NCBI GenBank assembly: GCA_000092065.1 | Contig: CP000594.1 | DNA: 64,000 nt | Source: Ostreococcus lucimarinus | Taxonomy: Eukaryota | Reading direction: 5' to 3' (one strand) | Part shown: positions 43,480 to 53,363 of the stretch, piece by piece | Numbering within the stretch: position 1 is the stretch's first letter | Layout: the number at the start of each line of letters is the position of its first letter | The notes under the pieces: generated by a model | Told to the model about the DNA's origin: nothing | What the model saw: the letters and a program-made list of their open reading frames with translations, nothing else | Databases searched by the model: none | Program-made: the position numbers and the translations under genes

Positions 43480-45918
43480 CTATTTGTTGTTGCTTTCGGC
43501 TTCGGAAATTTTTCTGAGAGCCTCCTTTTGAGACGCGTCGAACGCGTGCTGCATGTCTCGCTCGTTCCAACGCAAACATCTTCGAAGCGAATTGATGAAA
43601 TCGCCCGTTTGATCGGCGTAGTTGATGGTGGGAATCGGGTATTGGCTCATGCGGACGAACACGGAATCCCCGCTCTCGAGCTCGCAGCGATCGCGGCCGT
43701 CGAAGGAGACCCAGGCGGAACATCGAGCGTCTTGCGCAACGCGTAGCTCGATTTCGACGCTGTCGGGGAAAATGACGGGTCGGAAAGACAGCGTGTGTGG
43801 GCAAATCGGAGTCATCAAGATTGCTGGAACGTTCGGGTGCACCATCGAACCTCCAGCGGACACGCTGTAAGCAGTGGAACCGGTGGCGGTGGCGACAATG
43901 ACGCCGTCGGCTTGAATAGTCGTGATGAGTTCTCCGCGATCGTACGCCTCAATTTGAGATAAATACGGACTTGGACCTCGATCAACGAGCAACTCATTCA
44001 AGACGGTGATCTTTTTCGTGAATTCGCCCGTTCCACCGCTTCCGATCTTGTCCTTTGCCTTGACCAGTGTACACTCGAGACGCATGCGAAGCGTAATCGG
44101 CACGCCTCCTTGGATGTTCACCACGGGCTTCCCTCGTCCGATGGATTGAAGCAAGCTCGAAGCCATTTCGTCCGATGGGTGGCTTGTCAAAAACCCGAGC
44201 GAGCCGAAATGGAACCCGAGAAGCGGCGGCACTGGCCCTTGGAATAACTTGCTCGCGTGCAGGATGACGCCGTCACCGCCCAAACACACGATGATATCAG
44301 TTGTACCCCAGTCCTCTTGAGGGATGATGCCGTCCACTTTGCGCAGTTTTTCGGCATTTTTTAAAACTACCGCTCTGTGCAGGGTGTCTTCGAGGATGTC
44401 TGCGTTCGCCAATTCATCCATGACGTCTTCGTCGAGGACGACGGTGATCCCCATCGTCATCATCGCGTGCGCGATCTCTATGAGTTCTGGCAGCAGGCCA
44501 AAGCCAATCTTCTTCAGTAAGAAAACACGCCGCGGTTGTTGACGCCATACCAATATCAATTGTTGCGTGCTCGGGTGAGATATCTTCAGTTCCCGGTTCT
44601 CGACGAGCTCGCGCGTGCACGAGAAACCGTCGGTTCGAATTATGTACATATCCGGAGCGTCCGTCAGAGAGCTGTGTTCGCCAACGACAATTTCTTCCCC
44701 GTTTGCAGTACTATCGAATTCATGATCCGCGATAAACTTTTCTCCGTTGAATGTCTTGTTATTCAACTTCGCGGCGTACTCGCGAACAAACGCCTCCTGT
44801 GCGATCGATCCGAAGTCGCACACGAGCGATTCAGCCGAGAGCGCCTCGTCGACGTCCATTCCTTGGTGCACACGCCAGCACGCGACGAGTGATCCGGTCC
44901 GTCCAATTCCAGCTTTACAGTGCACCAGGATCGGTCGCATCTTGTCATCGTTTACAGTCTCGATGAATCGTTTCACATCCTCCTCCGTCGGCGGCTCCAT
45001 GTCGGGAATCGGTATGTGTACGATGTTGAGCGCGCTCGCGCCGAACGTCCCTTGGCCCGAGCCTCCCCCGAACGCTTGTAGCCACTGGTTATCTCTATCG
45101 CTCCCGCGCAAATCGATGACAGTTTTGAAGTTGTTGCGAACCAGCCAAGCTCGACCTTCCGCGGTGGGCTGCCCTCCTCGATAATACGCCGCAGCGCTCT
45201 CGTCGCCAACTTCGGTGACGATTTGCAAGTTTGGGATCGCCGTTCCGCTCGGCGCGTTCGGCGCGCGTAATCGCGGATGCACCAAGTCCAGCGACGCGCT
45301 TCGAAGCGCCTCGAAGCGATGCCGCACCGTTACCGAGCATCCGCCGATCTCTTCGCACGACTGTTCCAGTATCACTCGCAACTCCCACAGCGCCGTGCGA
45401 AGACGCGACAACTCCTTACTTCGCAAGTTGTTACTGAACCTCCCGGCGACTTCCGCGGCGGACGCGTACACGACCATCCTCCCCAACGCCTCCGTCACCT
45501 CTCCCGAGCATGAAGCGAGCGTGTTATTCGAAAAGTCCACCTCGCACTCCGCCGATAAGACGTCGGCGAACGACGCCAGCACCGCGCGTTCTAATTGCGC
45601 CGCCAACTGCGGCAACGGGACGTAACTCTGATCCGAGGTCGAAGGAAACTCCACGACATCTCCCTTTTCCTGTTTCTTCGCCCCGGTATCGACCGACGGG
45701 AACATTTCAGACTCTGAAATCGCGCGTCGCTCGCCGCCGCCTCGACCTCGCGACGCGTCCCGCGCGTTCGGGCGCGCACCTCCGAAGGCCGAGCGCCGTC
45801 CGGGCAAATGCGCGCGCCGCGCCGTCACTGTGCATACATTAGACCGTTCACGCGCGAGTTTCGTCGTCGACGACGCGCTGACGCGCGATGCCGCGGCGAT
45901 CATCGTCCCGCTCGCCAT
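43480..45918 (-). CDS. NADK: NAD kinase with an N-terminal plant/fungal atypical dual-specificity phosphatase (PFA-DSP/Tyr_Pase_2)-like domain and a transit-peptide-like N-terminus.
   Basis: NAD kinase motifs GGDGVIL, NE..VDRG, DGVIVATATGSTAYSVSAGGSMVHP in the C-terminal third. Upstream C-x5-R phosphatase P-loop ILVHCKAGIGRTGSLVACWRV (pattern HCK-G--RTG-LV-C-R as in PFA-DSP/Siw14-type enzymes). ATG at 45918 (MASGTMIAAASRVSASSTTK...). Confidence 0.75.
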   Translation of the reverse strand: MASGTMIAAASRVSASSTTKLARERSNVCTVTARRAHLPGRRSAFGGARPNARDASRGRGGGERRAISESEMFPSVDTGAKKQEKGDVVEFPSTSDQSYVPLPQLAAQLERAVLASFADVLSAECEVDFSNNTLASCSGEVTEALGRMVVYASAAEVAGRFSNNLRSKELSRLRTALWELRVILEQSCEEIGGCSVTVRHRFEALRSASLDLVHPRLRAPNAPSGTAIPNLQIVTEVGDESAAAYYRGGQPTAEGRAWLVRNNFKTVIDLRGSDRDNQWLQAFGGGSGQGTFGASALNIVHIPIPDMEPPTEEDVKRFIETVNDDKMRPILVHCKAGIGRTGSLVACWRVHQGMDVDEALSAESLVCDFGSIAQEAFVREYAAKLNNKTFNGEKFIADHEFDSTANGEEIVVGEHSSLTDAPDMYIIRTDGFSCTRELVENRELKISHPSTQQLILVWRQQPRRVFLLKKIGFGLLPELIEIAHAMMTMGITVVLDEDVMDELANADILEDTLHRAVVLKNAEKLRKVDGIIPQEDWGTTDIIVCLGGDGVILHASKLFQGPVPPLLGFHFGSLGFLTSHPSDEMASSLLQSIGRGKPVVNIQGGVPITLRMRLECTLVKAKDKIGSGGTGEFTKKITVLNELLVDRGPSPYLSQIEAYDRGELITTIQADGVIVATATGSTAYSVSAGGSMVHPNVPAILMTPICPHTLSFRPVIFPDSVEIELRVAQDARCSAWVSFDGRDRCELESGDSVFVRMSQYPIPTINYADQTGDFINSLRRCLRWNERDMQHAFDASQKEALRKISEAESNNK

Positions 45919-46608
45919 CCCTCGTCACCGGGCGCCGCACACGATTCCCGCGCGCTCGCGCGTCCGCGGGACTCGCGAGACCTCGCGACGGGCGCGAACG
46001 ATGCTCTCGCGCTCGTTCCACGCGCTCTTCCGGCGATCGCGGCGTGCGCGTGCGTCGACGCGCGCGCGTGTGCGCCCGGGCGCGACGCGACGGCGAAGCG
46101 CGAAAACGCCCTCGCGCGCGTCGCGACGCCCAGCTTCGCGAAACCGAAACGTCCGAACCTTTAAGCGCCGTCATCGCAATCTACTCGAAGCACGATCAGT
46201 GTCGCGAACCACACCATCGATCGAACGCGCGACGAGCACCGCTTCGCGAAACATGAAACCGATCGACCCACCGTCAGGTTCACGAACCTGCAAGCCCCGA
46301 ACCCGCGCGCGGGTTCGATTCGACATCAACGAACCTCGCGCGGTTCAGCGAACCTTCGATCGGGTGACAAAAATAGCATCCCGAATGATGCGCGCCATCG
46401 TGGATCGCGGAATGGATGTCCGATCGAAAAAATACGACCGCGATCCCACGGATGCGTGGGTGTGCGAACATCGATATCGATATCATCGATGACCGGGGTT
46501 TCGATCGTTTCGTCGCCCCGTCCGCGATCGCGCGCGCGGGCCCGGTCGCGCGCGCGATTGCGATTACAAGGGGCCTCCCGACGCGTCGCATCGCGACGCG
46601 CGCACGCC

Positions 46609-47959
46609 ATGGCCCTCTCTCTCGCGCAGGTCGCGCCCGCGGCGCAGGTGCGTCGCGTCTCGCACCGTCGCGCGCGTCGCGCGCGTCTCTCGGCGTCGCG
46701 AACGCGCGCGCGTCGTCGCGAACGGCGGCATCGCTCGGCATCGGATAGGATGGCCATCGGCGCGTCGTCGCGGGTCGACGCGCGACCGGGACGCGACGAC
46801 GCGCGACGTCGACGGAGGGCGAGAGAAAAATCGACGACCGCGGACGCGCGGGTGACTGACGAGAGGTTTCGCGGCGCAGTTTTCTTCGCGTAAGCGCGTC
46901 TGCGGCGCGCCGGCGGCGGCGTCCCGGACGCGCGTCGTCGTCCCGCGGGCTCGAGCGGTCGCGGCGCGCGCGAGCGGAGAGAAGAAGTCGGTGTTGATCG
47001 TGAACACGAATGGTGGCGGACACGCGAACATCGGGTTCTGGCTGGCGAAGACGCTGGCGGGGGCTGGGCACGACGTGACGATGAACGTCGTCGGCGCCGA
47101 GGACGATAAGAAGATGGCCAAGACTCCGTTCTCGTTGTTCGATGAGATTCGAGGGATGGGTGTGAAGACGGTGTGGGCGAACCCCGATGAAGTGGCGTCC
47201 AAGCATGCCGGGGCGAAGTTCGACGTGGTCGTCGATAACAACGGTAAGGACATGGACACCGTTGGTCCGGTGGCGGATTTCGCCGTCGCCGCGGGGGCGT
47301 CGCAGTTCTTGTTCGTCTCGAGCGCGGGTATCTACAAGCCCACGCCGTGCCCGCCGCACGTCGAGGGCGATGCCGTGAAGGAGACGAGCGGCCACGCCGT
47401 CGTCGAGGCGCACTTGAAGACGTTGCCGTTGAAGATGAGCTCTTTCCGCCCGCAATACTTGACGGGATACGGATCGAACAAGGACTGCGAGGAGTGGTTC
47501 TTCGATCGCGCCGTGCGCGGCCGACCGATCTTGGTCCCGGGCTCGGGTGATCAGCTCTCGTCGGTGACGCACGCCGAAGATTTGGCCACCATGATCGCCG
47601 CCGCCGTCGGCAACGACGCCGCCGCTGGGGAAATCTTCAACTGCGTGACGACGAAAGCCGTCACGCTGAACGGCATGGCGGAACTTTGCGCCAAGGCTGC
47701 GGGCGTCGAACCGAACGTGATCAACTACGACCCGAAGGATGTCCCGGATGTCGAAGTTAAGAAGGCGTTCCCGTTCCGCCCGATCCACTTCTACAGCTCC
47801 AGCGCCAAGGCGCAAGCCGTGCTCGGCTGGTCGCCCAAGCACCCGGATTTGGCCGCCGAGCTCAAGGAACGCTTCGCGTACTACAAGTCCATCGGACGCG
47901 ATAAGAAGGAGATGTCGTTCGAAACCGACGACAAAATTCTCGCCGCGATCGGCAAGTAA
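46609..47959 (+). CDS. CSP41: CSP41-type chloroplast stem-loop-binding protein (NAD-dependent epimerase/dehydratase fold). Two exons: 46609-46647 and 46880-47959, with a 232-nt GC-rich intron at 46648-46879.
   Basis: The mature part (KKSVLIVNTNGGGHANIGFWLAKTLAGAGHDV...) has no in-frame ATG. The listed start at 46991 is GTG. A transit-peptide-like ATG exon (MALSLAQVAPAAQ) lies upstream in another frame. Donor CAG|GTGCGT at 46648. Branch-like ACTGAC 22 nt before the acceptor GCGCAG| at 46879. Splicing restores a continuous ~50-aa R/A/S-rich transit peptide. Confidence 0.6.
46648..46879 (+). other. Predicted spliceosomal intron of the CSP41 gene (232 nt, GTGCGT...CTGAC...CAG).
   Basis: See the CSP41 CDS entry. 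The frame change from 1 to 2 is exactly compensated. Confidence 0.5.
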
Positions 47960-48043
47960 ATAGCGAGCTTGATTTTATATTAAACGAACATATTGAACGT
48001 GCAACGCGAGCTAAAACGTACAGTACACGGATCGGCGACGTCG

Positions 48044-49222
48044 TCATCGGTTTGGAACTTGGGAGAAACCACCTAGAAAGTTGAGCGCCAAATTCTTCGC
48101 CGAGTCCGCCGTCAGGGATTGTATTTCACGATCCAAGTGCGCGCGATGCGTCGCCCGCGGACTGGCGTAGGCGTAACTCGCGTGTCGAAGCGTGACCTCG
48201 ACCCCTCGCGTCAACGACTCGTACGCCTCGCCGAGATCGGAATCTTTGAACCTTTCTAACTCATCCATATCACCGTCGATGATGTGCCAATGCTCGCCCG
48301 GACGCGCGGTGGTGGCGATGAGATTCGCCGCGGCGAGCGAGCGCGAGGCAAAGTTTTCGGTCGGGATCACGCAGACCCCGTAACCGTCGACGTCTTCGGC
48401 GACTTCGAAACCGTTTTCTCTAAATATTTCGCGGCACCTCTCCACCGCGCGTCCGCGCGAATTCAAGACGAACACCTTGCTCCCGCGCGCCAGCGCGGCG
48501 TGCAAGAGCGGTTTCAGGTCCTCGTACACGACCTGCTCGCCCGCGCTCGTCCCCGGCTCGCCGTCCGCCGTCGTCTCCATCCGACGCGCGTCCACCGACG
48601 CTTGCAAACCCGCCGGCATCATCCGTCGCCCGTCCCACCCGACGCTCGACTCCACCTCCTCCCCCCACTTCAACACGCTCATCAACTTTATCTCCGGCCA
48701 GCTCGACACGATCTCGTCCACCGTCAACGGCCTCGTTCTTCGCTCGAACCGCTGCTCGTTTGAAAACACCGGCCCCGGCCGCCCGCCGCTCGTCGTCCGC
48801 CCGCCGATGATCGCCTCGTCCGCGATCACCCGCACCATCACCACCGCCTCGCACGACGTCGACTCCGCGATCGCTCGTCGCATCGTTCGCATCGCCTCGA
48901 CGTACGACGACGCGTCTCCCGGGACGTGCTCCGGCCAGCGCTCGCGCGCCACCGCGTGGCTCACCCTCGTCATCTCCACCGTCGCGTCCACGACGGCGTC
49001 GTACGCGAACAGCACGACGTCGCGCGACCGCTCGATGGCGTCGTCGTCGCTCGCGTCGCTCGCGTCCGCCGCGCGTCGCGCGACGCGTCGGCGTCGCGCC
49101 GACGCCGACGCCGATGTCCCGCTCGATCGCGTCGCGCGGTCGCGCGCGCCTCGCGCGGTCGCGGTCGCGCGCGCGCGCGGCTCCGGACGCGCGCGCGACG
49201 CGTCGATCGCCCGCGCGTCCAT
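48044..49222 (-). CDS. Hypothetical organelle-targeted protein, weakly HAD-hydrolase-like, about 392 aa.
   Basis: ATG at 49222 (MDARAIDASRARPEP..., a transit-peptide-like run). Core with protein-like composition (VVLFAYDAVVDATVEM ... KVFVLNSRGRAVERCREIFRENGFEV ... HIIDGDMDEL). The upstream part of the listed ORF (to 50206) is GC-rich antisense of the neighbouring gene. Confidence 0.4.
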   Translation of the reverse strand: MDARAIDASRARPEPRARATATARGARDRATRSSGTSASASARRRRVARRAADASDASDDDAIERSRDVVLFAYDAVVDATVEMTRVSHAVARERWPEHVPGDASSYVEAMRTMRRAIAESTSCEAVVMVRVIADEAIIGGRTTSGGRPGPVFSNEQRFERRTRPLTVDEIVSSWPEIKLMSVLKWGEEVESSVGWDGRRMMPAGLQASVDARRMETTADGEPGTSAGEQVVYEDLKPLLHAALARGSKVFVLNSRGRAVERCREIFRENGFEVAEDVDGYGVCVIPTENFASRSLAAANLIATTARPGEHWHIIDGDMDELERFKDSDLGEAYESLTRGVEVTLRHASYAYASPRATHRAHLDREIQSLTADSAKNLALNFLGGFSQVPNR

Positions 49223-49282
49223 GGCGCGCGCGCGTGTCGCGCCGCGCGCCGCGACGACGCTCGGAGGGACGCGGGACGCGCG

Positions 49283-50761
49283 ATGCGACGAAAAGATATT
49301 TTGTTTCGCGCCGGACGCCGCGAGCGTTTTAATCGCGCGACACACTCGTCGTCGCGCGGCCGATTCGGGACGCGCGCGACGCCGCGGGGCGCGACGTTGC
49401 GCGGAAAAACATATCGAAGATCGATCTCGCACGGCGGCATACGCGCGTACGGCGCGCGAGGCGTCGCGAGACGGGACGACGATGGGGAATCGCGCGAGGC
49501 GAGCGTTTCTGAAGACGAGACGACGCGCGGGACGGGGGGGTGGACGCCGCGCGCGCGCGAGGATTTCGGGACGTCGGGAGGGGCGTTTCCGGAGATTAAC
49601 GTCGTGCAGTTCGTGGACGCGGAAGACGGGGCGCCGGTGAGTTGTTTTGGGATGGATTACGAGACGCTGCGGCGGCGCGCGGCGGAGGCGGCGTTCGACG
49701 AGACGTCGACGACGCCCGAGTATCGTGGGTTTTTGAATCACGCGAGACGGTGCGTCGATGGGAGCGGAAAGATCGACTGGGGTTCGGTGACGCGCGTGGG
49801 GGGGCTGGCTGGGTCGAGAGAGGTGCGGCGGGCGCGCGGGGTGGACCCTCGGGACGTCGAGGCGGCGTGTTTGCGAGGCGAAGGCGAACCTTTGATCGTC
49901 GAGGACGGAGGGAAAGATTGGGCCAAGTGGGATTTTGAAACGCTTCAAAACGAAATCGGTGATTTTGAGGTGTTGTGTAACGATCGAGCGCCCGCGCGGC
50001 GACGAGAGATCGATGGATCCAAGCAGCGGTCGCACCTGATTCCGTTTCGGGCGTACGCCGACTACGTACGAAAGCGCGACGGCGTCGCCGGCACAGTCTT
50101 TGACGATCGCCGCACGCCGTTTTATGCAAACGGCATGCGCGTATTCAGCGAGTGCAAGCGCGCCGACGCCCTCTCGCGGGCGTTTCCACGACCTTATTTC
50201 ACGCACGAGTGCGATAATACGGAGACGCTGCTCATGGCGACAACGAACGAGCTCGGGTCGATACTCAAATTTGACTCGGAAATCGCGCTCAGAATGCGTG
50301 ACAGCGTCTCAAAATCGCTCGACAAGATGTTTGTCGGGCCTCGAGGCGCACTCACGCGCCTTCATTACGACGCCGGGGACGCTCACGGTTGGCTGGGACA
50401 GGTCGAGGGGCGGAAGCTCTTCGTGTTTTATCCGCCCAGCGCGTCGCCGATGCTTTATCCGATTGAAGACTCGCACGCCAGCGTCGATCCACTGGAGCCA
50501 GACTACGATCGATTTCCACTATTTCGCGAAGCGCAATCGCGCGCGCGAGTGTGCGTGCTGAATCCGGGAGAAGTCGTACTGTGTCCTCGACGATGGTGGC
50601 ACTACGCCGTGGCCCTGGACACTAGCGTCACGGTTATGAGGAATTGGTACAACGTCAATACCAACGCCCAGGCGTTGGTCGAGCAGATATGCTCCACGAT
50701 TAAACAAACAGTAGACAATAGAGCGAAAGGATCCGTGCCTCGAAACGAAGCGTCTCGATGA
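49283..50761 (+). CDS. JmjC/cupin-domain protein (JMJD/HSPBAP1/TYW5-like hydroxylase family).
   Basis: JmjC core LHYDAGDAHGWLGQVEGRKLFVFYPP...VDP..PDYDRFPLFREA...VLNPGEVVLCPRRWWHYAVALDTSVTV. First ATG at 49283. The listed start at 48926 is GTG. The start is uncertain: an internal M at ~49649 is also possible. Confidence 0.6.
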   Translation: MRRKDILFRAGRRERFNRATHSSSRGRFGTRATPRGATLRGKTYRRSISHGGIRAYGARGVARRDDDGESREASVSEDETTRGTGGWTPRAREDFGTSGGAFPEINVVQFVDAEDGAPVSCFGMDYETLRRRAAEAAFDETSTTPEYRGFLNHARRCVDGSGKIDWGSVTRVGGLAGSREVRRARGVDPRDVEAACLRGEGEPLIVEDGGKDWAKWDFETLQNEIGDFEVLCNDRAPARRREIDGSKQRSHLIPFRAYADYVRKRDGVAGTVFDDRRTPFYANGMRVFSECKRADALSRAFPRPYFTHECDNTETLLMATTNELGSILKFDSEIALRMRDSVSKSLDKMFVGPRGALTRLHYDAGDAHGWLGQVEGRKLFVFYPPSASPMLYPIEDSHASVDPLEPDYDRFPLFREAQSRARVCVLNPGEVVLCPRRWWHYAVALDTSVTVMRNWYNVNTNAQALVEQICSTIKQTVDNRAKGSVPRNEASR

Positions 50762-50994
50762 AGATACGTCGCGGCGCTAGTCGGTGAATTCGCTCGCTCG
50801 CGCGTCGCGTCGTTTACGGATGAATGGAATCGAAAGATTAAAAGCCTATGGTAATTAATCAGCAGCGATACACGTGCGCTTGAGCGTCGTCCGCGCTTAA
50901 TGCTTGAACACCCGCTCGCGTGCGGCGAAAACTCGCGGCGAAAGAGATGATATTCGTCGTACAAACGAACGACTCGAACGACTCGCTCGAGCGT

Positions 50995-51735
50995 CTACGC
51001 CGAGAACAACTCCTCCAAAGTCATGTCCCGCATCTTGGCCACTTCCTTGAACGTTCGCATCTCGTTCAACCCCGCAACGACCGCCCGCGCATTATTCAAC
51101 GGGTTCGAGCTTCCGAGCTGTTTCGCGAAGCAATTCTTATAGCCCGCCAGCTCCAAAACCGTGCGGCACGCGCCCCCCGCGATGACCCCCGTCCCCGGGC
51201 TCGCCGGGCGCAGCATCACCACCGCGCCGCCCTTCCCCTTCACCGTCACTCGATGCGGGAACGTGTCCCCTTTAGTTATCGGCGCTCGCTTCGCGCTCTT
51301 TCGCGCATCGCTCGCCGCCTTCGTCACCGCGATTTGCACCTCCTTCGCCTTCTGGCACCCGACGCCAACCAAACCCTTGCCGTCGCCCACGACCACGGTG
51401 GCGCGGAAGCTCATCTGCGACCCGCCCTTGGTGATTTTCGTGACGCGCGACACCTGGACGACGGACTCTTGCATCCCGTCGTCCTCCTTGCCGCCGCGAC
51501 CGCGGCCTCGGCCGCCGCGACCACCGCGTCCGCCGCCGCGCCCGCCGCGCGCGCGCGGGGTCTCGGACTCGCCTTCGACTGCCGACGCGTCTGCGTCGTC
51601 GCCGGCGCGCGCGACCGTCGCCGTGCGCCGCGGGGCGACGGCGACAATTTTATCGCATCGGTTCGCGCGGCTCGGGAGGCGCGCGGACGCCGCGCGAGAC
51701 GCGGGCGCGGCGGTGAGGGCGATGGAGGCCATCAT
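50995..51735 (-). CDS. RPS5: Plastid 30S ribosomal protein S5 (uS5c), nuclear-encoded with a transit peptide.
   Basis: Gly-Arg-rich linker, then [62 protein letters not shown]...[34 protein letters not shown], a canonical S5 double-psi fold sequence. ATG at 51735. Confidence 0.85.
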   Translation of the reverse strand: MMASIALTAAPASRAASARLPSRANRCDKIVAVAPRRTATVARAGDDADASAVEGESETPRARGGRGGGRGGRGGRGRGRGGKEDDGMQESVVQVSRVTKITKGGSQMSFRATVVVGDGKGLVGVGCQKAKEVQIAVTKAASDARKSAKRAPITKGDTFPHRVTVKGKGGAVVMLRPASPGTGVIAGGACRTVLELAGYKNCFAKQLGSSNPLNNARAVVAGLNEMRTFKEVAKMRDMTLEELFSA

Positions 51736-52055
51736 GATTCGCGGCGCGACGTCGATGGTTGAATCGACGCGTGGAAGCGCGCGTGGGCGGCGGTCGTCCG
51801 GGCGTGCGGTGGGCGCGCGACGAAACGATCGACGGTGCGCGTCGAGCGTGCGCGAGCGGCGACGATGGCGTCGCGGTGTGCGGCGCGGCGGCGGCGACGT
51901 TCGAGGGCGAGGGCGAGAGAAACCCTATTGCTCCTTCAGGGTAGAGATGGGGTGGCGACCGACCGCGTGTGGGTAAACAGTGATAAATCGACGCGATCAG
52001 GACGCCGCGGCGCGCGCGAGTCGCTCGAAAAGGCGCGCGGGGATCGATCACAACG

Positions 52056-53363
52056 TTAATCGCGACCGGAATCGCGCGCGGCGTTCCGGATTTCGGTGCT
52101 ACTGACGTCGACGCGAAAAGACGGGAGGGCGGCGAAGAGGTCGGCGGCGCGGCGCGCGGCGGCGGCGGCGAGGACGTCGGCGGCGGGGACGAAGGCGCGA
52201 GAGACGCGGTCGACGCGGCCGGCGACGAGGAAATCGCACGCGTTGGCTCGGATTTCGTTGAGGGATTCGTCGAGGGCGGCGTCGGAGCCGGCGTATTTGG
52301 GGTCGAGGAGACGCGCGGCGGTGTCGGCGCCGACGACGAAGGCGGCGCCGGGGGCGGCGCGGGTCTTGTCCACGAAGAGTGGGGTTTTGGTGAGTAAACA
52401 CACCGTGCCGGGGGTGGAGAACTGCTCGAGTCGACGCATGATCTCGTCTATGGAGAGCGTCCCCTTGTCGGCGTTCGTGACGCCGATTTCGTACGCGCCG
52501 AGCGCGCCCGGGGGCTTTGTCGCCGTCGCCGCGGCGAGCAAGTCGCGGTGGCCGTCGTGCAAAGGGTTGAACGACCCACTCAACACGACGTTCGCACGCG
52601 TGGCGCCCACTGCGGTGAGCACGCCCCCCGTGAATTCCAAAATCATCGGCGCCGCGGTGGTGGCACCGCTCGTCGACGAGTCGTCCTCCGCCAACCACCG
52701 CTCGACGACGGCGCGAGCGTCGCTCGCGTTTGCGTACGCCGAATCCTCCATCGTCGTCACCGAAACCTCGTCGAACTCGCGTTCGCTCAGAACTTCTCGC
52801 ACTAAATCTACACCCGCGTCCGCGTCCGCGTCATCGACGCTCCGCCTCGCTTCCTCGTACAGCGCTCGCAACACCAACCGCGACGCGCAGCCCTCCTCGT
52901 CGAACCGCGAGCGCCCGCTCGTCTTCTCCAATCGCATCTCGTACGTCGTCATCCGCCCCAGCGTCTTCGCCGCCACGAAACATCTGTGGTCGCCTCGTTT
53001 GACGACGTCCTCCGTCGTCAGCGCGCACGTCGCGCCGAGGCCCGTCGTCGCTCGCGCGTCGCTCGCCGACGCCGTCGCTCGCGAGCTTCCGTGTCGCACC
53101 GCCCTCGCGTACGCCGCGCTCGCCAGCGCCTCCGCGACTTCCCGCGAGCAGTACGATTCCACGTCATCGTCCGTCGCCCTCCCGAGCGTCTCGAGCGCGC
53201 TCTCGCGCGCGTACGGCACGCGCGCGTCCAATAAAGTGTTCGAGCACCTCGGGACGCTCGTCAGCCACCCGAGCGCGCGCGCCCCGCCGCCCGTGACGTG
53301 CAGCACCGCCCTGACCTTGCTCGCGTGGATCGTCTCCACGATGGCGCGGATTCCGGGCTCCAT
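52056..53363 (-). CDS. Two-domain NAD-biosynthesis protein: N-terminal CinA-C/PncC-like domain fused to a C-terminal nicotinate/nicotinamide mononucleotide adenylyltransferase (NadD/NMNAT) domain.
   Basis: N-terminal LHVTGGGARALGWLTSVPRCSNTLLDARVPYARESALETLG resembles the CinA-C core (ESCTGG...GsS...V.YsneAK..lGV), but the conserved Cys is replaced. C-terminal GSFNPLHDGH plus ISSTEIRNA match the adenylyltransferase (H-x-G-H) signature. ATG at 53363. Confidence 0.65.
   Translation of the reverse strand: MEPGIRAIVETIHASKVRAVLHVTGGGARALGWLTSVPRCSNTLLDARVPYARESALETLGRATDDDVESYCSREVAEALASAAYARAVRHGSSRATASASDARATTGLGATCALTTEDVVKRGDHRCFVAAKTLGRMTTYEMRLEKTSGRSRFDEEGCASRLVLRALYEEARRSVDDADADAGVDLVREVLSEREFDEVSVTTMEDSAYANASDARAVVERWLAEDDSSTSGATTAAPMILEFTGGVLTAVGATRANVVLSGSFNPLHDGHRDLLAAATATKPPGALGAYEIGVTNADKGTLSIDEIMRRLEQFSTPGTVCLLTKTPLFVDKTRAAPGAAFVVGADTAARLLDPKYAGSDAALDESLNEIRANACDFLVAGRVDRVSRAFVPAADVLAAAAARRAADLFAALPSFRVDVSSTEIRNAARDSGRD

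Noticed and set aside
46991-46993. Listed ORF starts at GTG/TTG codons (for example 46991, 53867, 21333, 32229, 48926, 37).
   Set aside because: The ORF track uses bacterial alternative starts. In a eukaryotic nuclear genome only ATG, or an upstream exon, is credible. Starts were re-placed accordingly.
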